Assembly: GCF_964194025.1 (NCBI RefSeq)
Contig: NC_134471.1
Span: forward strand, 60,512,001 to 60,576,000
Length of the DNA stretch: 64,000 nucleotides
Direction of reading: 5' to 3'
From: Convolutriloba macropyga
Taxonomy: Eukaryota
The notes under the pieces were generated by a model, which was given only the letters and a program-made list of their open reading frames with translations, was not told where the DNA came from and made no database searches. Positions 47,734 to 58,813 of the stretch are shown here, one piece after another. Numbering within the stretch: the first letter of the stretch is position 1; every line of letters starts with the position of its first letter. The position numbers and the translations under genes are program-made.

Positions 47734-48652
47734 AATAGCCGCCCTCATCTTCTCAGCCGGCTATTATAGCGCTCTTATTTTTTTTTATAATTAAAAGAAT
47801 TTGAATTGTTTTGCGGCGCTGTCTTTTTTTAAGATCTGTTCACACGTTTTCATGATTTTTGAAGGCAAATTGGAGTAGTGATTTTGGTCACGCCGAAACA
47901 GGAAATGGAGCGAAAAAGCGAGTGGTTTTGTGTCGTGAATTTTTTCCGCTCTAAGTTTAAAGTAGAGTGAGAAAATGGTGTTTGAACAAAAATTCGGTTT
48001 CTCGGTAGTGGTTTTTTGTTCACATGCGGCAATTTCGCTTTGATTTTTTCTGTTTTTTCGATTTTTTGGATTGGATTTTTTTTCTAAATTGTTTTTCCAA
48101 TCCATTCATAGTCCTTTTGAGGTCTAGTTTTCTGTTTAGTCAATGAAAATTCTTTGAATTGTACGTCAGGACTTGTCCTGCTATGTTTTTTACTTCGTCG
48201 AATAACAAAATGTTTCGCTTTACCTCATTTTGCCGCTTTTTCAACATTTTTGCGTGATATCTTTTTGACTTCTCTAGGATAGTTTCTTCTCTCATTCTGC
48301 TGAAAGTGATTTTGAACATCAGTTGCTCAGCAAAGCAATTCAAAATGGACAGAGTCAGTATAAAAAATTGAAGTCAGAAGTAGAAACGGGATAAACCCAT
48401 AAAGCCCATTTTTAGATGCCTGCTATTTGAACGTCGTTCCTAGTCTTATTGGTATTGATCGTAGCCCCTGTAGCTTCTCTCTGAGAAACAGAAGAACGTT
48501 ATGTTCAACTACGAAATGCCATCAAAAAAAATCGGACTTAAAAAATGTTTTTGTACAAAAAGCTTTTTTCTTCAATATCTTGTATTCTTTCAATCCCAAT
48601 CATGCTTATTGGAATCAACGGTGGCTATTTTTCGGCAATCTGCCGGGTATGT
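47734..48652 (+). mobile_element. Helentron-like composite A > C with an empty B site
   Basis: GCGCTGTCTTTTTTT is joined directly to AAGATCTG. C 3' end at ~48150-48187; A 3' end at ~48622-48652. Confidence 0.65.
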
Positions 48653-48832
48653 TTTTAATTAAACAGCTTTCTTCCAACTGTCTGACAACGGACGGCAGTA
48701 AAGCATCTTAGACTACTTGTGCTTTTTTCAGTACGTTAGTTTAGAAGGGGCTGTTTGCTCCCTTTGATCTGTGATCATGGTTAGGAAACGTATAGGCAAC
48801 AATATAAGATTTCTTCAAGATATAGTTTATTA

Positions 48833-50507
48833 ATAGCCGCCTCAGCTTCTCAACCGGCTATTATAGCTCTCCTAATTTTTTCTTACAAATCAAAGAATTT
48901 GAATTGTATTGTGCGCTGTCTTTTTTACGACTCGAAGAGGAGTATTGGAGAAGTCCTTTTTTAATCACTTTCGTTGGAGTGAATTTTGAAGCAGGAAATG
49001 AAACGCGTGAAAAATTTTGGAGTGGTTTGGGAGCTGAATAAAATTGAAGAGGAGCGAAATGAGAATGGATTTTTGTTCATTCCGCTGCTTTCGAGAGAAC
49101 AAGAAATTGAGGTGTGAAAAAAGTTTCTGTTAGCGAGCGAAATTTTGTGTTCGTGCTGCATTTTGAAACTGTTTAATTGATCTTGAACGAAGTTCATAGC
49201 AATTATTGTAAACTTGTGTGTCTTTTTTATGCAAATTTTTCACTTGACAATTTTGCGCTGTTCTAGAAAATTCTTCAACTTCTCGCTTTTTTTTCACGCT
49301 TTGGTTCTTCATTTTTGTGTGATCTCTATTGATCCGAAGTAAAGCGTGTTGCTAATATAAAATCGGTTGCAGAATAGCAGAGATCAGTGGTTCGTAGCTT
49401 AGTGGTTAGTGCGTGTGGTTGGGGACCGGGAGGTCAGTGGTTCGAATCCAGGCGGGGATAGGTTTTTCTTCACCCATAAAGAAAAATTGATCTTGGGTAC
49501 AGCCCCTGAATTAAATTGCCTCGCCTGTCGTTCAAGAGCAATTCTTCCGACATTTGTCAGTTTGTTTTTTGTTTAGAAGTTTGATTATAATTTTGTATTA
49601 TTTTTTGAATTGTTTTGATGGTGGTTTGTAGGTTTTGGTTCATTAATATGAATTTTATACCATTTTGCATGTTTTTCGGTTATTTTCCTGAATTTTAGGC
49701 GAATTTTAGCAATTTTTTGCTTTTTTTGGTTTACTGCTTTGTATGGGGATTTGAAGAGACGCATAATAGTAATGGAGTTTTTGGAACCTAGTGATTGCAG
49801 TTTTAATGGTGTTAAGCGGATTTTTTAAGAGCGCAAACTAAGAAGAGAGCAAACTAAAAGAAATTTTTAAAAAAAGTTTTTGCTTTTTTTTCTTAAACTT
49901 TCTTAGTCCAATTTACTTGCCTATTGTTTTGCAAGCTTTTCAATACTCTATTTGTTTTTTGGCTCTATGTGCTCTTGTGTAATCAAAAAATTAATTTAGG
50001 TTTTTCGATTTTTTAAAACTTTATTTTTTTTTTTTAGATTTTGTTTCAAGATGTTTTGAGATGATTTTTCTACTGTTCATTTTTTTATAGCATTTGGCTA
50101 TACCTATTGTCCAAATTAATTATTTTTTTTCTGCTTGTGGATGGTTCTGATTTTACCTTTGAGTCATTTTGGTCATTGTAATTCAGATAATTCAGTAATT
50201 TTTCTGCAGATTTTAGCAAAGTTTCGAGTTTTTTTTGCTTATTTTTGCTAAAATCTTATTGTGTGCTTTTTGCTACTTTTTTGTGTTCTAGCGTTTAATA
50301 GGAAGTTTTCTAGAGGTGTTGTTGGAATTTATTTAATGCACTTTTCGATTACAGATATTACAAATATCTAACTTTCTTTTTTCGTTCTTCGTTTTTGCTT
50401 TTATAAATAGTCAAAAGTCATTTTTTCACTAGTTTCTTCTCTTTTAATCCCAATCTTGGTTATGGGAATCAACGGCGGCTATTTTCCGGCAATCTGCCGG
50501 GTATGTT
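48833..50507 (+). mobile_element. Nested Helentron-like composite carrying a tRNA-like cassette (49388-49459)
   Basis: A, C and B 5' ends; TAGCTTAGTGGTTAG / GGTTCGAATCC boxes; 3' CGGCTATT-TT-CCGGCAATCTGCCGG-GTATGTT ends ~55 bp before the MBOAT last exon. Confidence 0.6.
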
Positions 50508-50561
50508 TTCTTCTAGCAACGCGTTCATAGATAACTGTTCTATCAGTTCTCTTGTTTTTAG

Positions 50562-51139
50562 GAGAATTGATCAAGATGAAGTATTACGTGGCCATTCTGT
50601 TTGGAGAATGCTGTGCAACTGCAAGCGGTGTCGGCTTTTCCGGCTACAGTGCTTCTGGAAAGCCCATCTATTCAAACGTTTTGAACCTACGTGCTTTTGA
50701 CTGTATGCTTCCCTGCAGTCCTAAGCTCCTAATGGAGGGCTGGCATATCACTATATCCCAATGGCTAAGGTACTCTGTCTACGAGCGAGTAACTGTCATG
50801 AAAACCTTGTCAGTATTTTTATCTTCTGCGTTATGGCATGGTTTCTACATCGGAATTCTGTTAGGTATGACTTACGGAGCGGTTTTGGTGCTTGCAGGAC
50901 GGAATATGCGTCGGCTGTTACGTCATAGAGTGAACTTGACCTCTAAGTGTTACGCAATTGTCTACGATGTCATAACGACTTCTTTCTCTATTTTTTTCAG
51001 CACGCCTTTTATGATTATTTACGTTGCTAATGATGCGAATAAAGTTCTTCCTTTGATCAAAAGCCACCTTTGGCTGCCAACTTTGATTTGCTTGATCATT
51101 GCTTTTCTTCCCATTAAGAGGTCCACAAAAACAAGTTGA
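50562..51139 (+). CDS. MBOAT (lysophospholipid acyltransferase-like), last coding exon
   Basis: KYYVA...ASGVGFSG, WHITISQWLRYSVYER, SALWHGFYIG (catalytic His); acceptor TTTTTAG at 50561. Linkage to the 38.4-39.6 kb exons is inferred. Confidence 0.88.
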
Positions 51140-51974
51140 TAGACAGGATAACCAAGAGATCGATTATTTAGTTGAGTTTAGATCTATTACTTATTTATGC
51201 TCTCATTAACATTGTACACCAAGTGAGTATTAAACAGGTTTAACAAGTGCTAATTGAGTGAATTTCACAGTGAGGTTTCCAGCGTTTCTCGTATCAGCAA
51301 CTATTAACGTAACATTGAAATATTTGGAATCTTTGAGGTTTGGTCGGAGTATCCCTCTAAAGCTATGAAGGTGAAAAGATTTATGAATATTCAATTTTTT
51401 TTAAATCAGAAGCCCTTTTAAAATGGTTGAACTGGTAAAACCCGAAGTCGCTGTAAAGCTATGTAAGAGCTTCAGTAGTCGTTAAAACCGAAATTGCTGA
51501 GGAGGCTTGAATTCATAACATATTCACGGCTATTTTGCGAGATGCAGTTGAGATCACCCCTTTTCAAACTATTCCTTTTCAAACATTACAATCTATTCCT
51601 CGTTGACATTAGTGGCATTCCTCGTCGCTAACAACGCTACTTTTCAAATGCTGATCGAGGAAGTGGAACGATTGGAAATTTCGATGATCAAATGATGCCT
51701 TATTCAGTTGCTATTTATTTCTTATATTTATATGGTTTTGTCAAAGTATTTTAGATCGTATATTATTTCTCTGTGGATATGTTAGGTCGCTTGAAGTGAG
51801 CCTGTCATGTTATGGTGAAATTTAACCTTACTATTCTCCCGTTTTGTAATCAAATTAGTTCCCTTTAGAATGGTGTACTGGTACCAAAAACAACCTATGT
51901 TCACAGAAAGTGGCTGCGGTGTACATACCAGTCGGAATGTTCACTTACGATAATGTTAAGTCTACTTTTTAATT

Positions 51975-54857
51975 AATAGCCGCCCTCATCTTCTCAGCCG
52001 GCTATTATAGCGCTCCTATTTTTTTTACAATTCAAAGAATTTGAATTGTATTGGGGCGCTGTCTTTTTTTTACGACTCGAAGAGGAGTATTGGTTTTCTC
52101 TCGGTCTTTTTTTTTACAGGAAGTAGATTTGTTCACGCGGCATTTTGACCTAAAAGCAAAAGTGAGAAAAGCTGTCTTGGTGAACAGATTTTCGCTAAGC
52201 GAGAGAAGTTTTTTGATCATGCGCTTCGTTTAGTGAATGACTTTTTGACTTTGAAAAGTAGTTTTTGACTGTATGGCACATATTAATAACCGGTTTTAGC
52301 CGTTTTTTGGACAAAGTGGCCCAATTTTTTTGCTTTTAATTTGGTTACTTATAGAAATAAAGTTTATTCGATACTATATTGAAATGTCAACCTCTGAAAT
52401 TGATTCCACAGTGTTTTTGCAGAGCCTGAAAATATGTTTCAAGTTGAAAATTAGCACATATTTCTTGATTTTTTAGTTAATTCTTGGCTTTTTTTCTATT
52501 AATTTCTTCATTTTTGGATCTTTTAACCGTCTTTTTGTCAAAAATCAGGTAATATGGCAACTTCTTTTTGATCATTCATATACTCAATGCCTCTTTCTAC
52601 CTCGATGTAATTTTGTTTTATAAAATTTACATATGCTAATCCAATTTTGGTAGTTTTTTTCCGATTTTCGTAAGTTTTGTTTGTATTTTGGCTGTAATTG
52701 CAACATGAGGGACTTTAATTTCTTTTCAATAAAAATTCAATCATTTTTTGGCGTTAGGTTTTTGATAAACAGCTAAAACTTTTTCATAAATGCAGTCTTA
52801 AAAGTTTTTTGAACATCTTTTTTGCAAAATATTTCAATTTTTCGTATTTTTGAATTCTGCGTTTACCTATCTTTTGTTCTCTTCAGGAGAATAGATCTTT
52901 GTATTGGATGATTAGTTATCTTTTATATGTCTTATATGCTGAACAATGTAATGTGTTCGTCTTTCTTGATTTTTTGAATTGATTTTAAACTTTCAAAAAT
53001 CAAGAATGTGTTTTTGTTACTTACATTGTGCCCATGTGTTCCTTACATTGTGCCCATATTCTTCACATTCTAGTTAGTATCATTCTATCTTTTTCCTGGC
53101 ACCTACATTTATTTTCGATATATTGATTTTTTCAATTGTTAAAAATGAACAATTTCAGCTTTTTCTTACACTTTCGTCATTTCTTTGGTTTGCATTTGAT
53201 TTCACTCAACATAAGGTAGTACTGAGAGTTTGATAGCAAGCCTTTTCCACAATTTCCACTTAAGACTATTTACTGCAATTTTCTTCGGCCTTGGTATTAA
53301 TTTTAAACGGTCTTTTGCCTTCGAATATTCTTCTGCTGCTTATGTCTTTTCTATGATCAATTAAATTTTTGAATTAGTATGCAATCATATTGTCTAGCAT
53401 ATGTGCAACAAGGAACAAGTGTGTGTTGTTTCTTAATTGCAGTGATTAGAAGTGTAATTGTAGGTGTTTTCTGATTCTTAAATTTGAGCTTTCTGTTTTC
53501 AAAAGATTTAAATTAGCTTCTATGATTTATCTGCCGTTTGCTTTCGCGATCTTTTTCAGATTAGAATTATGAATTATTTGAGGGCAATTGATAACCTTGT
53601 CAGCTTTTTCAGTCTAGCACTTTTTTGACCTCTTTAATTTGTTTTTTTTTTTAACGTTACCAAACGTTTTCAATGATGTAAAATTCTGCTGCATTTTGTT
53701 TCTCTTGGTGACAGTGGTTTAAGTTTCACCAATTTTTAGAGCAGACCTGGAGAGGTAGTGAGTTAATGGTTTAATAGACAAGGTAGTGGCGTCCGCTGCA
53801 ATTACGGTTGGGTTAGTGAAATTTTGACGCTTCGAGTCGCTTCCGGAATTCTTCCGGCTATGTTTTTTTTTAAGATCTGTTCACACATTTTCATGATTTT
53901 TGAAATCAAATTGGAGTAGTGATTTTGGTCACGCCGAAACAGGAAATGGAGCGAAAAAGCGAGTGGTTTTGCGGCGTGAATTTTTTTCGCTCTAATTTTA
54001 AAGTAGCGTGAGAAAACGGTGTTTGAACAAAAATTTGCTTTCTCGCTAGTGGTTTTTTGTTTACATGCGGCAATTTCACTCTTAATTTTTACTGTTGTTT
54101 CGATTTTTTGGATCGAATTGTTTTCTAAATCCATTCACAGCTCATTCTGGACCTAGTTTTCTGTTAGAATCAAAATTACATATCTCACTAGTGGTTTTTT
54201 GTTCTCCCTAGCAGCATTTTGTCATTGATTTTGTGTTTTTTTGTTTTTTTCATCTGACATTTTTTTAGAAATGGTTTTCCCAATTCACTCATTGTCCGTT
54301 CTAGGTCTAGTTGTTTGTTAAAATTCTTTGAACCAAGACGTTCTTGTACGTTAGGACTTGTCCTGCTATGTTTTTTTACTTCGTCGAATAAAAAATGTTT
54401 TGCTTTACCTCATTTTGCCGCCTTTTCAACATTTTGCGTGAAATCTTTTTGACTTCTCTAGGCTAGTTTCTCTCTTCTCTCATTCTGCTAAAAGTGATTT
54501 TGAACATCAGTTGCTCAGCAAAGCAATTCAAAATGAACAGAGTTAGTACAAAAATGGATGTCAGAAATAGAAACGGGATAAACCCATAAAGCCCAATTTT
54601 AGATGCCCGATATTTGAACGTCGTTCCTATAAGTCTTATTTACCATCTCTAATGCTTATTGTTATTGATGGTAGCCCCTGTAGCCTCTCTCTAAAACAGA
54701 AGTATGTTCAACCACGAAATGCCATCAAAATAAATCGGACTTAAAAAAATGTTTTTGTACAAAAATCTTTTTTTTTCAATATCTTCTGTTATTTCAATCC
54801 CAATCATGCTTATTGGAATCAATGGCGGCTATTTTCCGGCAATCTGCCGGGTATGTT
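51975..54857 (+). mobile_element. Fully nested Helentron-like composite A > C > B
   Basis: 5' ends at 51975, 52027 and 52072; 3' ends in reverse order at ~53862 (B), ~54372 (C) and ~54857 (A). Confidence 0.7.
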
Positions 54858-55193
54858 TCTATTACTGAATCTATTCCAAATAGGCTAGCGAACGGCAGAC
54901 ATTTGTAATACTGGTTCAACTTTTCGAATACAACTAAGCACCTCGGCAAATTCTAATCGCTCTTTTTGAGGCCGTTAGATCTGTTCACTGCTCCCCTCCC
55001 TCTCACATTCTGTAAACTAAGTTTTTGGTTTTCCTACGACTCTGTTTAGTAACTAATGCATGATTCCAGTAATTGGTAGTGTAGCCTGATAACTGCTGGA
55101 GATATTGTTTTAGGTATGTAGCGCGAGTGGTTCAGTTGTGCGTCGCCATGTTTTACTTCGGTAAAAATTAATAATTGTTGTTACTGCCTTGTA

Positions 55194-55344
55194 TAGTCAG
55201 TCCCATAAAGTTGCAACGCTATCGAACGTTTCAAAGGTCAAAGTTCAATTTTAAAACGTGCAGATATCTATCAAAACGCTGTCAATTTGCATGCCGCGAG
55301 CTTTTCGAACGTTCGCTTGCGTTGCAACTTTATGGGACTTACTA
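55194..55344. mobile_element. Tc1/mariner-type MITE
   Basis: TIR TAGTCAGTCCCATAAAGTTGCAACGC / GCGTTGCAACTTTATGGGACTTACTA, flanked by TA. Confidence 0.8.
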
Positions 55345-55381
55345 TAATCGCAATAGGATCGCGCCAACACGACTGTTAATA

Positions 55382-55594
55382 TAGCGTGTCCCATAAAGTT
55401 GAAATAAGCGAACGTTTCAAAAGCCACAGATTGGAGTTCAAAAGTTAAAGTTCAAATTTAAAACATGTAGAAAAAATTGATGAATAGAAGCTTAATAGAA
55501 AAAACGTCGACATTCAAATGACCAATTTGATGCTCACTTGCCTGTTTTTGACGTTTTCGAACGTTCGCTTATTTCAACTTTATGGGACAGACTA
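55382..55594. mobile_element. Second related Tc1/mariner-type MITE
   Basis: TIR TAGCGTGTCCCATAAAGTTGAAATAAGCGAACGTT / AACGTTCGCTTATTTCAACTTTATGGGACAGACTA, flanked by TA. Confidence 0.8.
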
Positions 55595-55739
55595 TAGCTG
55601 TCGTGTTTCTTATGAAGCTCTGATTTCAGACCGTTCTTTTTATGAGCTTTTATTGCTCTTTTTGTTGGTTATGGCAACATTTTTGCGCATGAAAGTTTGA
55701 GTTTGCTATTTGTACAGCGATCAAAGTTTTAGATCCGAA

Positions 55740-56009
55740 ATGCTGTCTGATGCTCTGTGTTCACTTCTGAGTGTTGGTATTGTTGGCTTGATATGTTTCG
55801 CTACTATGTTTGCTATCTTGGCATATTTTGGGCTTTTCGTTAAAATTGAAGTGAACACGCGAAAGAAGCATCCGTTCAACACACCTAAACTGCTTGCGTA
55901 CAAAGCTTTCACTGGGAACTATGATTACACTGACGAGCATCTCACCGCTCTAATGAAGGTAGCCCCATACAGTGATACACTTATCATATACTACGACAAT
56001 CCTCAAACG
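55740..56009 (+). CDS. TEX264: TEX264 homolog (ER-phagy receptor, GyrI-like domain), coding exon 1
   Basis: N-terminal TM anchor, then AYFGLF..IEV, LAYK..TGNY and IYYDNP, matching TEX264 GYSGLL..VEV, VAYK..MGLY and VYYDNP. GTAAG donor. Confidence 0.85.
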
Positions 56010-56245
56010 GTAAGATTTTTAATAGTGGCTGGCAGTGCCTTAACGGCTATTATTTAGGAGCTGTCTTTTGGTGCGCCGTCTGTCATTTGTGATCTATCTG
56101 TGCACACTTTTTATTTTCTGTTGTTAATGAGAATGCAAATTAGAGAAGTGCTTTTAGTCATAATGAAGTAGTTATAGGAGCAAAAAGCCAGTAGTTTTGG
56201 CAGAGAATTTTTCTCGTACGGCAATTTAAACTTTTCTACTGATTC

Positions 56246-58183
56246 ATAGCCGCCCTCATCTTCTCAGCCGTCTATTATAGCGCTCCTATTTTTTACAATT
56301 CAAAGAATTTGAATTGTATTGGGGCGCTGTCTTTTTTTTACGACTCGAAGAGGAGTATTGGAGAAGTCCTTTTTTAAATCAATTTTATTGGAGTGATTTT
56401 TGAAGCGGGAAATGAAACGCGTGAAAAAATTTGGAGTGATTTTGGTGCTGAACAAAAGTGAAGAGCGGAGCGAAAAGAGTGGTTTTTGTTCATACCGCTG
56501 TTTTTGAGAGAGCGAGAAATTGATGTGAAAAAATTTTCTCTAAGCGAGCGAAATTTTTTTGTTCACGTGCGGCATTTTAAAGCAGTTTTTTTCCATTTAT
56601 TTTCTTTAAGAGGTTTGGTTATGATTTTGTTTTAATTTTAGGCTGGTTTCGGTAGTGCTTTGAAGGTTTTAGGAAATTCATGTGAATTTTATGATAATTC
56701 GGGAGTTTTTAATGTATTTTGCTGATTTTGGGGCTAATTTTTGCGTTTTTTTTGACAATTATTTTCTTTTACTGGCTCAAATGGGTATTGAAGAAACCCC
56801 TTCTACTTGAACAAATTTATGATAACAATTGGTTACAGTTTTGTTGGTAAGAATCATTTTTTTGTTGAGAAATATAACAAAAAATGGCGAAAATTGGAAC
56901 TATTTTTCTTAATTTTTTTTTTTGCAGTTTTTCGTTTTTTTGTTTTTAGCAAGTTTCTTAGCCTATTGCCTATTGTTTTGCGAGCATCTGGATACCCTAT
57001 TAGCTAATGCGAATTTTTCTTTGTATTTATAGGCTTTTGAAATTTTAAAAAATTTGATAACTTATTCAGTTTTCCGTGAAAGTTGTTTTTAAGAGCTTTG
57101 TTTTCATAATTTAGCCTAAAGTATTTTTTTTTCAAAATTCACATGAGTGGTTTCAGTAAGTACTAGTTGTTTTGATGAAGTCATTTTTGGCAGAGATAGT
57201 TTTTTCGGGATCTCAATTTTTAACAAAACTTGATCAGATTTTTTATCATACTTTAACAGATTTGATTTTATTGTGTTTACTTCTTTGTTTCATGGTTTTG
57301 TTTCAAGATAATCATAAATTAGTGAAGGAACGTTTTGTTTGATGAGTAGTTGGATGGCGTTTAAATGGATTTTGACTTCGAGTCGTTTCCGGAATTCTTC
57401 CGGCTATGTTTTTTTTAAGATCTGTTCACACATTTTCATGATTTTTGAAGTCAAATTGGAGTAGTGATTTTGGTCACGCCGAAACAGGAAATGGAGCGAA
57501 AAAGCGAGTGGTTTTGCGGCGTGAATTTTTTTCGCTCTAATTTTAAAGTAGAGTGAGAAAACGGTGTTTGAACAAAAATTTGCTTTCTCGCTAGTGGTTT
57601 TTTGTTTACATGCGGCAATTTCTCTAATTTTTACTGTTGTTTCGATTTTTTGGATCGGATTTTTTAAATGGTTTTCCCAATCCATTCACAGCTCATTCTA
57701 GGCCTAGTTTTTTGTTTGAATAAATTTTTCATTTCTCGCTAGTGGTTTTTTTGTTCACATACGGCATTTTGACATTGATTTTCTGTTTTTTTCTTATTTT
57801 TTGATCTGATTTTTTTCTCAAAATGGTTTTCTCAATTCACTCATAGTCCATTCTTGGTCTAGTTTTTCTGTTTAGTCAATGAAAATTTTTTGAATTGTAC
57901 GTCAGGACTTGTGCTGCTATGTTTTTTACTTCGTGGAACTTTTTTTCGCTTTACCATTTTGCCGCTTTTTCGACATTTTGCGACATCTCTAAAGCTCATT
58001 GGTATTGATAATAGCCCCTGTAGCCTCTCTCTAGGAAGCAGAGGTATGTTCAACTACGAAATGCCATCAAAATAAATCGTACTTAAAAAGTTTTTTCGTA
58101 CAAAAATCTTCTATTCGTTCAATCCCAATCATGCTTATTGGAATCAACGGCGGCTATTTTCCGGCAATCTGCCGGGTATGTTT
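56246..58183 (+). mobile_element. Fully nested Helentron-like composite A > C > B in the TEX264 intron
   Basis: 5' ends at ~56246, 56295 and 56340; 3' ends at ~57410 (B), ~57922 (C) and ~58182 (A). Confidence 0.7.
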
Positions 58184-58813
58184 AATGTTTAATTGCTCTC
58201 AAACGAAGTTTAACAATTGTATTAGTCCTGTAGTTTTTTAATGCGATTTTTCGTTTGAGTGCTTCATTGAGCAGATCTCTTTACTACTATTCTAGTTTTA
58301 TTGCTAGTCTCTAAGCGTACCGAGAACACTAAAATGACGGTGTGAAGGGTAGGGGGTTTGGCGGTTAAGAAACCTACCTCCTCCCACACTTTGGACCCCT
58401 CTTGAGGTCTGCAACCTTAATTACCCCCCCCCCCCCCAACGCTCCCGCTTTTCTACTCCTTTCACCCTCTTGAGTTGAGTATTCAAACTAGTCTCACGAA
58501 GCACCAGCAAGCTACTGACGAAAGCAACCGCTCGCCAGGCGTTTGACAGCATTTCGCCCGACTTCAGTTGATTGTCTTTAGCAGCTGCACAGCGATAGCT
58601 GGGGCTCTTATTGGCCTTCTCTTGGTTTTTACTACTCGAAGTGTTTTGGTTTTATAGAATTTTAGTACACATGCTTGCCCAATTTTGCAGTTTTTTTCCC
58701 ATTTTTCTCAGTTGTTTTTTGGATTTATTTACTAGAAAAGATCTTTTTTTGCACAGTCAAGGACTTGAGTTTCTTTTAATAATAATAGAATTTTTGTGTG
58801 GCGTTCAGTTTTT

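Noticed and set aside
47791-48105. Recurring K/F-rich ORFs (also 7193, 21922, 45016, 52032, 53802, 57404)
   Set aside because: Translations of non-coding repeat copies; frames, starts and stops differ among copies.
48702-48768. Missing MBOAT exon (SILDYLCFFQYVSLEGAVCSL)
   Set aside because: Resembles SLLEYLSY...GP, but it is bounded by in-frame stops and lacks compatible splice sites.
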